From contig CAVQZU010000130.1 of NCBI GenBank assembly GCA_963718485.1, positions 115,035 to 179,034 on the forward strand: a DNA stretch of 64,000 bases, written 5' to 3'. The notes beneath the pieces were generated by a model. It did no database searches. It saw only the letters and a program-made list of their open reading frames with translations, and was not told the DNA's origin. The position numbers and the translations under genes are program-made. The stretch comes from an uncultured Acidobacteriota bacterium. Its GTDB lineage: Bacteria; Acidobacteriota; Terriglobia; Acidiferrales; UBA7541. Positions 18,288 to 27,644 of the stretch are shown here, piece by piece. Positions within the stretch are counted from its first letter, which is position 1, and each line of letters opens with the position of its first letter.

Positions 18288-19718
18288 TTACGCCGTTTGC
18301 CTCATAGCGGCAGCCCGGTCGCGCGGGTCGACTTCTACGGCGTCCTCAGGTTCCTGGACTTCTAGCTGGTTGATCAGCCTGTGCAGGTAGCCGCGGGCGA
18401 CGCCGAGTACGCGGGCGCTTTCGGCTTTGCGCCAGCCGCATTCGCGGAGAGTGCGCACAATGAGGCGTTTCTTGAATTGGCGAACTTCTTCTTCGTAGAG
18501 ACCATTTACTGAGGCTGTTTCAGAGCTACCGATGATCGAGGGAGGCAAATGCCAGGCATCCACCGTGGGACCTTCTGATAGCACCACCGCCCGCTGGACG
18601 GCGTTCTCGAGCTCTCGTACGTTGCCCGGCCAGCCGTATTCTTCAAGCGTACGCACGGCAGCTTGCGAAAATCGCTTGGCCTTTTTGCCAAACTGCTCGG
18701 CTGAGATTTGCAGGAAGTGCTGGGCCAGCAGAGGAATGTCGTCGCGCCGGTCGCGCAAAGGCGGCAGGTGCATATGCACGACGTTCAGGCGATAGTAAAG
18801 ATCTTCGCGGAAGGCGCCTTTCTGCACCATTTCCGCAAGATTGCGGTTGGTCGCGCAAACCAGCCTGATGTTCAGGCTGATCGATGCGCTGCTGCCGAGG
18901 CGTTCGAAGCTCCGTTCCTGCAAGACCCGCAGCAATTTGGGCTGAAGGCCCAGCCCCAGATCGCCAATCTCATCAAGGAAGAGAGTGCCTTGGTCGGCCG
19001 TTTCAAGCCGTCCGCGGCGGGCTGCCAGGGCGCCGGTAAATGCGCCCTTTTCGTGTCCAAAGAGCTCGTCTTCGATCAGAGTTTCTGGAAGGTTTACGCA
19101 CGAAAATGCAACCAGCGGACCAGTGCTGCGCCCACTAAACTGGTGGATCGCCCGCGCCAGCAGCTCTTTACCTGTGCCGGTCTCACCGGTGATCAGTACA
19201 TTGACGTCACAAGGAGCAATCTTCTGTACCAGTGTGAACAGTTCCTGCATGACCGGCGAAGTGCCGAGCAGTTCATGGAGCCTGCCCGTGCCAATGGCCG
19301 AGGCGCGAAGGCGCTCCACTTCCTTTTCCGCCGCGTAGAATCTGGAGGCGCGCTTCAAGATGAGCCGGAGTTCGACGATATTAGGTGGGTTGCTAACGCT
19401 GTCGTAGGCGCCGCGCTCCATCACGCTCACGGGCAGCTCGCGGTTTTCGCTGTCGCAGAGCACCACCATGGGCGGATGGGATTGATATTGGTTGATCGCG
19501 TCCATCAACCGGAGAGCTGGTTCCTGATCTCCTTGCGTGCCAGTGCCGCGCAGGTCCAGCAGGACCACGTCGCACCAGTCGCGTAGATCGCCCAGGCGGT
19601 TGGGTTGAACCCCGCTCATCGAGCGAGTGGAGAATCCCGGCCCCAATGCTCGCGCGATCGCTTGTGCCAAGCCGGAATCCTGGCTTATGAAGCAGACATT
19701 TATCGGCTGATCGGTCAA
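18288..19718 (-). CDS. Sigma-54-dependent transcriptional activator (NtrC family) with an atypical receiver domain
   Basis: AAA+ core GETGTGKELLARAIH, the sigma-54 contact-loop region ...ELFGHEKGAFTGA..., and a C-terminal Fis-type HTH (RVLGVARGYLHRLI). In the receiver-like N-domain, SQD replaces the usual DD pair and NPP replaces KP. Confidence 0.9.
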   Translation of the reverse strand: MTDQPINVCFISQDSGLAQAIARALGPGFSTRSMSGVQPNRLGDLRDWCDVVLLDLRGTGTQGDQEPALRLMDAINQYQSHPPMVVLCDSENRELPVSVMERGAYDSVSNPPNIVELRLILKRASRFYAAEKEVERLRASAIGTGRLHELLGTSPVMQELFTLVQKIAPCDVNVLITGETGTGKELLARAIHQFSGRSTGPLVAFSCVNLPETLIEDELFGHEKGAFTGALAARRGRLETADQGTLFLDEIGDLGLGLQPKLLRVLQERSFERLGSSASISLNIRLVCATNRNLAEMVQKGAFREDLYYRLNVVHMHLPPLRDRRDDIPLLAQHFLQISAEQFGKKAKRFSQAAVRTLEEYGWPGNVRELENAVQRAVVLSEGPTVDAWHLPPSIIGSSETASVNGLYEEEVRQFKKRLIVRTLRECGWRKAESARVLGVARGYLHRLINQLEVQEPEDAVEVDPRDRAAAMRQTA

Positions 19719-20073
19719 AGTTATGCCCCTGACGACAACTCGCCCTGCACCTACGTCCGTTCACAGATAGTGACAGCTGCGGAAGATGTCCCCTGCCTAG
19801 TGTTAGCAGATGGCGGAGTGCACCGTAACCAAGTGTCACCCACCGGAGACGAATTAACTTAGAATTGGATCGCAACCGAGATGCCAAAATCGGATGTTCG
19901 GGGGGCAACTGCCTAATTTCGGTCACATCAGAGAGTTGCTAAGTAGTTTCCAGTACGGTTGTCTGGACGGCCAGGCGTCCTGGCAGGTCCTCATAGGAAA
20001 TTGCTTTCGCATTTCGGGCACTTTCCTGTCCCGCGAGCGGCCCGGAAACTCACACCTATGACCATCGTTCAAG

Positions 20074-21855
20074 CTACGGGGCGCTTACCGAAGGTACCAC
20101 AGGAAGTGCCGTCGGGATTCCGACCAAGACCTGAACCGGAATGGGCTTGCCTTCTCTCAAAGCTGGCTTGAACTTCCACTGACTGAATGCAAGCCGCGCG
20201 TTGTCGTCCATTTCTTGCAAGACGCCTTGATATACCTGGAGCTCGTCGATGAGCCCGTCGGTGCGAAGCAAACCTTTTAGAATTATTAACTTCCCAGCTT
20301 TTTCAGGAGGGAGCGGAGTGCGCTCGAAATCGAACTTGGAATCGGCCTGCGGAGGTACAACTCCCTCTCCAAAATGAGCTACGGTCGCCGATTGCGGCGG
20401 AGCGTTTGCTTCGGTTCCCGACTGAGCGCAGTACTGCATGGTCCAATTCTTTCCCGGCATGGGCAGAAAAATGGTATAGATTTTCCCGCAATGCAAAGCA
20501 CCATAAGCATTTAAGCCCCCGCCGCCGATTGGACCCGCAGAAACAATTAATGAATTCCTGCGGATATTGAACGCCGCCGGAACCGGGTAGATCGTTCCGC
20601 GGGCGAGCGCCGCCCCCAACATTCCCGAACCTGAGGAGTTGGTTCCGTTACCGTTGATCGACACCGGACCTTCGCTCAGCGAGAGCCCCCCGCCGCCGCT
20701 CGAAGCCGTTCCTGGTCCTGTGCTGCTATCGCCGCCCTTGCCGGTATTGCCGACTCCTGCAGCCGTAACACCTGACCGATTGGCTCCCAGTGAGCCGGCC
20801 GCGCTCTCCGAGGCAGACGTCGAAAACTCGCCGCTGCGGTTGCCAGGAGGCAGCATGATTTCTGAGGCGTTTGTAAACGCCGCGGGATCGGTACTGATTA
20901 CGGCGAGCGTCAATGATTCCCCCGACGTTGCAGCGACATTGGGCGCCTGCACGTTGGCAGTGCCATTCGTACTCCTGCGCTGCGCGGTGCCAGAGGCAAG
21001 CGGAAGGGGCATTTGAGGCTTGAAGGTTGAGGGCGTCAGAAACGTCATGACCGGATTCACGGGATTCTCTTGCGTGGGCGCCGGCGCCGGTTCAGCGTTC
21101 GTGTGGCGGTCGCGCTGCGTTGGTTTGGCGGCCGTCGGGTTAAACTGAAGCGGAGCCTTCGGGGCCTCCACAGTCTTTCCTAAGATAATATTGGGGAGTT
21201 TCAGGTCGGCCGTAATCTTCAGTTCCGGTGGAGACGACGGCTGAATGATGGTCTGATGAAAATTGTCCGGGTGCGCCGGCCGGGAAACGATGGTTAGCAC
21301 GCCGGGTGACGAGCTGCTGCCGGGCGCGGGTATGCGAACCGCCACAGTTCGGTTCAGTGGACTGCCGCCGGGACCAGAAGGCGCAATGTGCGGTAGTGTT
21401 TTCGGAAGCTGGCGGATCGGAACGCGGTAATAAATGACTTCCGGCTGAGAAACTGGAGAATCAAAGGCCGAAACGCTGGCCGGAAATTGCTGGTGCACGT
21501 AGACGACAAGAAGGATCGCCGCGGCATGGAATGCCAGCGACATACCGAGCGACCGTCCCCGAAAATAGCCTCGCTTGGCAACTTGAGCGCGGAAAGGAAA
21601 TCCGCCCAGGACGGACTTCGAGGTTTTGCCGGGCGCGCACGCCGCTTTCAGAGAACTCCACCAGCGAAAAGCCCCCCGATCGCTCGGCACAACGAAAGAA
21701 GGGGTATGTGCCAGAACTACCGCGAGCGGATTCTCCCGGCCAGGCTGTTTGCTGAATCGAAAAACCGCCGCATTCGGGCGCTGGAAGGCGACCGACGGCA
21801 CAGACGAGGGGAGAGCGATATCCTTCGTGGAGTCCAGACCGAGCATCTCCGCCAT
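20074..21855 (-). CDS. Membrane-anchored protein with a TonB-type C-terminal domain
   Basis: One TM helix (LAFHAAAILLVVYV), a long Pro/Ser/Gly-rich linker, and the C-terminus ...LIILKGLLRTDGLIDELQVYQGVLQEMDDNARLAFSQWKFKPALREGKPIPVQVLVGIP, which resembles a TonB_C fold. Confidence 0.55.
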   Translation of the reverse strand: MAEMLGLDSTKDIALPSSVPSVAFQRPNAAVFRFSKQPGRENPLAVVLAHTPSFVVPSDRGAFRWWSSLKAACAPGKTSKSVLGGFPFRAQVAKRGYFRGRSLGMSLAFHAAAILLVVYVHQQFPASVSAFDSPVSQPEVIYYRVPIRQLPKTLPHIAPSGPGGSPLNRTVAVRIPAPGSSSSPGVLTIVSRPAHPDNFHQTIIQPSSPPELKITADLKLPNIILGKTVEAPKAPLQFNPTAAKPTQRDRHTNAEPAPAPTQENPVNPVMTFLTPSTFKPQMPLPLASGTAQRRSTNGTANVQAPNVAATSGESLTLAVISTDPAAFTNASEIMLPPGNRSGEFSTSASESAAGSLGANRSGVTAAGVGNTGKGGDSSTGPGTASSGGGGLSLSEGPVSINGNGTNSSGSGMLGAALARGTIYPVPAAFNIRRNSLIVSAGPIGGGGLNAYGALHCGKIYTIFLPMPGKNWTMQYCAQSGTEANAPPQSATVAHFGEGVVPPQADSKFDFERTPLPPEKAGKLIILKGLLRTDGLIDELQVYQGVLQEMDDNARLAFSQWKFKPALREGKPIPVQVLVGIPTALPVVPSVSAP

Positions 21856-22152
21856 TTTATCTCACACTTCTCCCGGATCAACACTTGTCACAGCACGCGC
21901 TATACCACCGCCCGACCTCGCTCCGAAATGGCTTGCTTCCGCCATGAGAAGGATAAAAACTGACAAAGTGCGTCACCATTCGGATACAGCCCGGTTGAGA
22001 TTCTCGCGCTGTTTTGGTCACTCCAATTCTTGCATGATATCGACCAGAAATTAGAGAAGCTTGCAGCCGCTCAGACCGGAATTACCGATTCTCAATGTGC
22101 CTGCAAAATCGCCGGCCATGACCGTTCAAGGCAGATCGCCGTCGCCAGGAGG

Positions 22153-22743
22153 GTGAAGTTGCGTCTAAAAATCGTCCCAGTTGGCGAACCCGTGCTGCGA
22201 AGCAGGGCTCGTGCGCTAACGCCACAGGAGATTACCAGCCAGGAGACACAGCAGCTGATTGCACATATGAAAGAAACCATGCGCGATGCGCCGGGAGTGG
22301 GCTTGGCGGCGCCGCAGGTTGGTCTTTCGCTCCAACTCGCCGTGATTGAAGACCGTGCGGAATATCTGAAAGCCCTTTCGCCGGAGGATCTGGCGGAACG
22401 CGAAAGAGGGCCGGTTCCCTTTCAGGTAATCATTAATCCGAGGATTGCGTGGGCCTCGGACCAGGCAGTCGAATTCTTCGAAGGATGTCTCAGTCTGGCG
22501 GGATTTTCTGCCGTGGTGGCCAGGATGCATAGCGTGCGTGTGGAGTGCCTGGATGAACGCGGCGAATCGCGAACCATCGAAGCCTCGGGCTGGTATGCGC
22601 GCATCCTTCAACACGAGATCGATCACCTTCAAGGGAATCTCTATATTGATCGCATGCGGAGCCGAACGTTTTGCTCGCTCGATAATTTCAGCCGATTTTG
22701 GAAGGCAAAATCGGTCAGCGAGGTATGCCGAGAAGTTGGGTAA
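22153..22743 (+). CDS. def: Peptide deformylase
   Basis: Motifs GVGLAAPQ, EGCLS and HEIDHL. GTG start at 22153 preceded by AGGAGG. Confidence 0.9.
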   Translation: MKLRLKIVPVGEPVLRSRARALTPQEITSQETQQLIAHMKETMRDAPGVGLAAPQVGLSLQLAVIEDRAEYLKALSPEDLAERERGPVPFQVIINPRIAWASDQAVEFFEGCLSLAGFSAVVARMHSVRVECLDERGESRTIEASGWYARILQHEIDHLQGNLYIDRMRSRTFCSLDNFSRFWKAKSVSEVCREVG

Positions 22744-22745
22744 CC

Positions 22746-24512
22746 CTACATTCCCGCCGACTTGCTGGCGTGCTGCCGCTGAGAGAGCAGGCGGCGCAAC
22801 TCGTCTTTTCTAGCCAGCAGGCGAATGAGTTGGTCCTGAGGTGGTTGCGCTTGAACTTGCTTCTCCAGCTCTGAAAGTTCCTGTGCGATCTGGCGATTCC
22901 TCAGGAAATCCAGACAAGCCTCGGCCTCTTCCCAGGTGTGATCGAGCGATTGATCAAAGAGCACCTCAAATAGGATGCGCTGGTCTCTCTCCTCCATCCC
23001 CGCCGCGAGCGTCGCCGCATCGGCGGGTTCGCTGACTTTGGCCACTAGAATTTCGATAATTCTTTCGGTCTCCAGGCCACGGTGGAGAGCGTTTGAAACG
23101 ATTTCCAATGCCAGCCTCTCTCGAAAGGCTTGGGCTTCGACGAGCATTCTGATGAGCCGCCGCTCCGCTGGCTTTACCATTGGCGCAAGCAGCTCGGCCT
23201 TAGGTTTGACTTCGCCGCGTCTCTCGATGGCCGCGCGCCGCAATGCTTCGCGCCACACGGGTTCATCGACTCGAAGTTCGCTGGCGATGCGGGTGGCCCA
23301 CTCTGAACGAAGCAGGCGGTTCGGAAGCCGCTGGACGTAGGGCATCAGGTAATTTAGAGCGGCTAGTTTTCCGGTAGCGCTCGAGCGGTCCATCAGCCGC
23401 GCCCGTCCAATCAAATAATCGAGATAGGCGGGAGCCTGCGCGAGCAATTTCTTATACGCATCGGCCCCTTGTTCCTTCAGAAATTTGTCGGGATCAGCGC
23501 CACCGGGCAAAGCGAGCACGCGCACATCGAACTCTTTTTCAAGCAGCAGCGTCAAGGAGCGTTCGGTAGCCGCCTGTCCCGCGGTGTCCGGATCGTAGTT
23601 CACAACTACGCGTCGCGTGTACCGGCCGAGCAGTTTGATCTGTGGCTCGGCGAGGCTGGTACCGCAGCTGGCGATCACATTGCTAATACCGGCGCGCGCC
23701 ACGGCGATTGCGTCCATGTAGCCTTCGACCAGGACGCCAAAATCGTTCTGCCGGAGCGCTTCCTTGGCTCGGTCGAGGTGATACAACACGGAGCTTTTGG
23801 TGTAGATGGGCGTCTCCGGCGAATTCATGTATTTGGGCATATCGTCGCCCATGGCCCGGCCGCCGAAGGCGATTACTTTGCCCGATTCATTGGCAACCGG
23901 AAAGGTGATGCGGCGGCGGAAACGATCGTAGAACCGTGCGCCCTGATCGCGCGAAAACAGCCCGGAGACTTCCAGCAGTTTTTCAGGATATTTGGATTTC
24001 AAGTGCCGCAGCAGGGCGTCTCCGGAAGAAGGCGCGAAACCCAATCCGAAGCGAACGACCGCTTCGCGGTTGAGGCCGCGATCTTCCAGGTAAGCCATCG
24101 CGACCCTCCCTTCGGCCTCTTGAAGCTGCCGCGCGAAAAATGCCGCCGCCTCGCCATGCATCTCCATCAAGGCGGTGCGCTGCTGATTCTCGCGGCGCTC
24201 CTCAGGAGACCGTTCGCGCGGGCGAGGAACTGGAATCCCACACTTTTCAGCGACCGTGCGCACGGCTTCGGGAAAACTCGACTTCTCGAGCTCCATCACA
24301 AATTGAAAGACATCTCCGCTCACGCCGCACCCGAAACAATGGTAAATCTGGCGCACCGGATGCACGGCAAACGAAGGCGTTTTTTCGTGATGAAACGGGC
24401 ACAAGCCGGTGAAGTTCTGGCCGGTTTTTTTCAGGCGCAGGTATTCGCCAATCACGCGGACGATATCCGCCTGCTGCTTCACTTTCTCCGCGAATGATCC
24501 GGCTTCAGCCAC
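22746..24512 (-). CDS. dnaG: DNA primase
   Basis: Zinc ribbon CPFHHEKTPSFAVHPVRQIYHCFGCGVSGD and a Toprim domain (VLVEGYMD...NYDPDTAG). Confidence 0.95.
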   Translation of the reverse strand: MAEAGSFAEKVKQQADIVRVIGEYLRLKKTGQNFTGLCPFHHEKTPSFAVHPVRQIYHCFGCGVSGDVFQFVMELEKSSFPEAVRTVAEKCGIPVPRPRERSPEERRENQQRTALMEMHGEAAAFFARQLQEAEGRVAMAYLEDRGLNREAVVRFGLGFAPSSGDALLRHLKSKYPEKLLEVSGLFSRDQGARFYDRFRRRITFPVANESGKVIAFGGRAMGDDMPKYMNSPETPIYTKSSVLYHLDRAKEALRQNDFGVLVEGYMDAIAVARAGISNVIASCGTSLAEPQIKLLGRYTRRVVVNYDPDTAGQAATERSLTLLLEKEFDVRVLALPGGADPDKFLKEQGADAYKKLLAQAPAYLDYLIGRARLMDRSSATGKLAALNYLMPYVQRLPNRLLRSEWATRIASELRVDEPVWREALRRAAIERRGEVKPKAELLAPMVKPAERRLIRMLVEAQAFRERLALEIVSNALHRGLETERIIEILVAKVSEPADAATLAAGMEERDQRILFEVLFDQSLDHTWEEAEACLDFLRNRQIAQELSELEKQVQAQPPQDQLIRLLARKDELRRLLSQRQHASKSAGM

Positions 24513-24546
24513 GGTTCTGAGGTGCTAGAAAAACCTGCTCTGGTCG

Positions 24547-26967
24547 CTAGGATTTTAACTCCGCAACGGTCACGGCGTTGCCGCCGCGTTCTTCGGCTTC
24601 GGCGTGAATCGTTTCCACCAGGGGATGCTCGGCGAGAAACGCTCCGAGTCCCCGCCGCAGCGCACCGGTACCGTAGCCATGGATGATACGCACATTCGCT
24701 TGGCCCGCAAGCGCGGCTTGGTCCAGAAACTTGTCCACGCGGCGTGTCGCTTCTTCTACCGTGCATCCAATCACATTGATTTCCTCCGCTGGGGATTCCC
24801 CGCCGGAGTGGGTATGAACGGTGATACCGCGCGGTCGAGGCCTGGCTTGTTCCAACCGCTCCTGTCCCGCGGCTCCTGCTTCGATGCCGATGATATCGGC
24901 CAGAGGAACTTTCATGCGCAAAGCGCCGGCCTCAACCTCAGCAGTGCGGCCATCGAGACGCCTGAAAATAACAGCTTGCTTGAACCCCTTGAGCGACACG
25001 CGAACCCCTGTCAAGAGCTGCTCCGGGTCAACCGGCTGTGGCGCCGCTTCGGCCGCCAAACCGAGATCTGTCTGGGAAGCGGCCAGAGTTTCCACCACCG
25101 CGGCATCGGTTTCCGCACGCGCCGCGCTTGTGATTTTTCCCAGGCGCCGGCCGGTTTGCTTTTCGATTTGGGCCCGCAGCGCGCGATCCTTTATATCCTC
25201 GGCTAAGCGCGCAACCTCTGCCTCGAGCCGTTTCTGTGCTTCCAGAAAATCCTTCTCGAGTTGGGCGATGCGCTTCTTCTGCCGCTCGACCCATTCGGTC
25301 TGCAGCGCGCGCCGCTCGGCTTCGAGCCGCGAAAGTTCACTGCGAGACTCGCTCTTAATTCCTTCCACCTCATCGCGGCTGCGATGGAGATAGGCAATCA
25401 GGTCCCGCGCCTCTCTTGATTCGGGCGATAGGCTGGCTTGCGCGCGCTCGACCACGCGCCCGGGTAATCCCAAGCGCCGCGCGATCTCGATTCCACTGGA
25501 GGTGCCGGGAACACCCACCAGGATTCTGTAGGTGGGACGCAGATTGGCTTCATCGAATTCCATGGCCGCATTGAGAATGCCCGGCGTGGTCGAAGCATAG
25601 GATTTCAAGCGATCGTGATGCGTGGTTGCCAAGGTCAGCGCGCCGCGCTCTCGAAATTCTTCCAACAGCGCCACGGCCAGGGCGGCACCCTCCTCGGGGG
25701 CCGTGCCGGTGCCCATCTCATCGACCAGAATGAGTGATCGCTCGGTAGCAATCGCCAGCATGGACTTCAGGTTCAGCATGTGTGCGGAAAAAGTGGACAG
25801 GTCGGCGGTGATCGATTGCTCATCGCCAATATCGGCGAGCACGCGGTCGAAAATGGGCAGCTGCGCGTACTGCGCCGCGACCGGAATACCCGACTGAGCC
25901 GAAAGCGCGGCAAGTCCGACGGTTTTAAGCGCTACCGTCTTGCCTCCGGTGTTGGGGCCGCTCACGACGAGCACCGTTTCTGCGCCGCCCAGCACGAGGG
26001 AAAGCGGAACAGCGGAGCGCCCCTGCGGCCGCAGCGTGGCCTCGAGCACAGGGTTTCGCGCCGCATCGAGCCGCAGCAGGTTGTCGGCTGTGAATTCCGG
26101 CACAGCGCAATCGAACTCGCGGGCGAAACGCGCCCGGGCAAAGATGGAATCCAAGTGTGCGGTGGACGCGGCGGCCGATTCCAGAGGCTCGCGATCGGCG
26201 CGCAGACGATCGCTAAGTTCTGCGAGCAGGCGCGCGATTTCCGCGGCTTCTTCTTCGCCGAGCTGAACCAGGCGATTGTTCAAATCGATGGCTTCGAGCG
26301 GCTCGACGAAAACGGTTTGCCCCGTGGCGCTGGCGGCGTGAACGACGCCCGGCACGGCGCGTCGATCGGCGGCCCGCACGGGAATTACGAAGCGGTCGTT
26401 GCGCAGGGTCACGTAGTCCGCGCCGGAAGGCTCGCCGCGGGCGCGCAAGATGCTTTCAAGCGAACGCTGAATTCTCTCGCGTGCCTGGCTCCTACCGACG
26501 CGGATGCGCTTGAGCTGCGGAGAAGCATCATCGCTGATTTCTCCGTTGGGCAGCACGGCGTGCCGAATGGCCCTTGAGAGATCCCGCAAATCAACGAGCC
26601 CCGCGGCAAGAGCAGACAAGCGGGGATGCTTCGCGGCGTCCTCTTTGAAAATCTGGCGAACCGCGGACACCGCATCCATCAGCGAAGCGGCATCGAGTAA
26701 ATCGCCGCTGCCAAGAACCGACCCCGGCACGGCCAAACGAGGCAACCAGGTCTCTGGGTCGACCAGCGAGCCGAATCCTAGTTCCGAGCCGGCACGCAAA
26801 TAAGCCATGGCTTCGCGCAAGAGGACGAATTCCGCATCGAGCCAGGCAACCTCCTGCCGGGGCGCCAGGGCTTCGGTCGAGCGTCGTCCGGACACACAGG
26901 TCGTGAAGCGGCCGACGATGTCCTTCAGCCTGTCAAATTCGAGCAATTCCTCGATGGGGCGCGACAC
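24547..26967 (-). CDS. mutS2: Endonuclease MutS2
   Basis: Walker A SGPNTGGKTV, DEMGTGT, and a C-terminal Smr domain (RIIHGYGTGALRRG). The GTG at 26967 gives about 807 aa. The further 291 codons of the track ORF overlap the LOG-like gene out of frame. Confidence 0.9.
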   Translation of the reverse strand: MSRPIEELLEFDRLKDIVGRFTTCVSGRRSTEALAPRQEVAWLDAEFVLLREAMAYLRAGSELGFGSLVDPETWLPRLAVPGSVLGSGDLLDAASLMDAVSAVRQIFKEDAAKHPRLSALAAGLVDLRDLSRAIRHAVLPNGEISDDASPQLKRIRVGRSQARERIQRSLESILRARGEPSGADYVTLRNDRFVIPVRAADRRAVPGVVHAASATGQTVFVEPLEAIDLNNRLVQLGEEEAAEIARLLAELSDRLRADREPLESAAASTAHLDSIFARARFAREFDCAVPEFTADNLLRLDAARNPVLEATLRPQGRSAVPLSLVLGGAETVLVVSGPNTGGKTVALKTVGLAALSAQSGIPVAAQYAQLPIFDRVLADIGDEQSITADLSTFSAHMLNLKSMLAIATERSLILVDEMGTGTAPEEGAALAVALLEEFRERGALTLATTHHDRLKSYASTTPGILNAAMEFDEANLRPTYRILVGVPGTSSGIEIARRLGLPGRVVERAQASLSPESREARDLIAYLHRSRDEVEGIKSESRSELSRLEAERRALQTEWVERQKKRIAQLEKDFLEAQKRLEAEVARLAEDIKDRALRAQIEKQTGRRLGKITSAARAETDAAVVETLAASQTDLGLAAEAAPQPVDPEQLLTGVRVSLKGFKQAVIFRRLDGRTAEVEAGALRMKVPLADIIGIEAGAAGQERLEQARPRPRGITVHTHSGGESPAEEINVIGCTVEEATRRVDKFLDQAALAGQANVRIIHGYGTGALRRGLGAFLAEHPLVETIHAEAEERGGNAVTVAELKS

Positions 26968-27041
26968 ACCTACCTCGCCATCAAATTGTAGCCTGTCTGT
27001 CGTTTCGAAATCAGCGCCTAGTGAGACCTCGGTCTTTCCAC

Positions 27042-27644
27042 CTAGCTCTTGGAGAGCGCTCGTGGCTTGCGCCGGACAGAGCGTCCGGGTGCGCGCCCGC
27101 GAAACTGAGCGGCCAAGTATTCCGCTGCCTCGCCGGGAGACGTCGCGAAGCGAATCGGGTGCTCGTGAGGTCGCTCTCGAGTTCGGTGGCTGTCTTCGAC
27201 TTCGTTCACCCGCCGAACCACGGGCTCCCAGAAATCGCCCAGGGCCACAACTGGTCTCCTGCCCATGACGCCTTTGTTGAACGACTCCCACACGACGGCC
27301 AATTCCACAAGCGTGCCCGTCCCGCCCCTGCACACCACGTATCCCTGGCCCCGCTTTACCAGTTCGAACAGACGCTCTTGCCAAGTCTTCACTCGAATCT
27401 CTTGATCCACCCACGGATTGCGGCGAGAGGCAAAGAAAGCCGAGGTAATGCCCAGGGTCCGGCCGCCAGCCTCCTTCGCTCCGCGCGAGACAGCCTCCAT
27501 TACTCCCGCGTATCCGCCGGTACAGACGACGAATCCCTGGCGAGCCAGCTCGGTTCCGAGCGCACGGGCCTGGGCATAGTGCAGGTCGCCCCACTGGGGT
27601 CGCGAACTGCCGAAAACGGTGATGATTTTCGCGCGCCGCTTCAT
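27042..27644 (-). CDS. LOG/TIGR00730-family (lysine-decarboxylase-like) protein
   Basis: VFGSS...GGYAGVMEAVSRGA...RGGTGTLVELA, matching the PGGxGTxxE-type motif. ATGA overlap with the upstream PBP4 stop. Confidence 0.8.
   Translation of the reverse strand: MKRRAKIITVFGSSRPQWGDLHYAQARALGTELARQGFVVCTGGYAGVMEAVSRGAKEAGGRTLGITSAFFASRRNPWVDQEIRVKTWQERLFELVKRGQGYVVCRGGTGTLVELAVVWESFNKGVMGRRPVVALGDFWEPVVRRVNEVEDSHRTRERPHEHPIRFATSPGEAAEYLAAQFRGRAPGRSVRRKPRALSKS

Noticed and set aside
23469-24497. Long antisense ORFs: 23469..24497 (342 aa), 28298..29359 (353 aa), 38969..39955 (328 aa), 41956..43104 (382 aa), 47608..48567 (319 aa), 18708..19586 (292 aa) and 35482..36567 (361 aa).
   Set aside because: Each lies fully antisense to a strongly supported gene (dnaG, dacB, ruvB/A, gdh/yvcK, larB, the sigma-54 activator, the radical SAM gene). 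Their composition is typical of GC-rich shadow frames.
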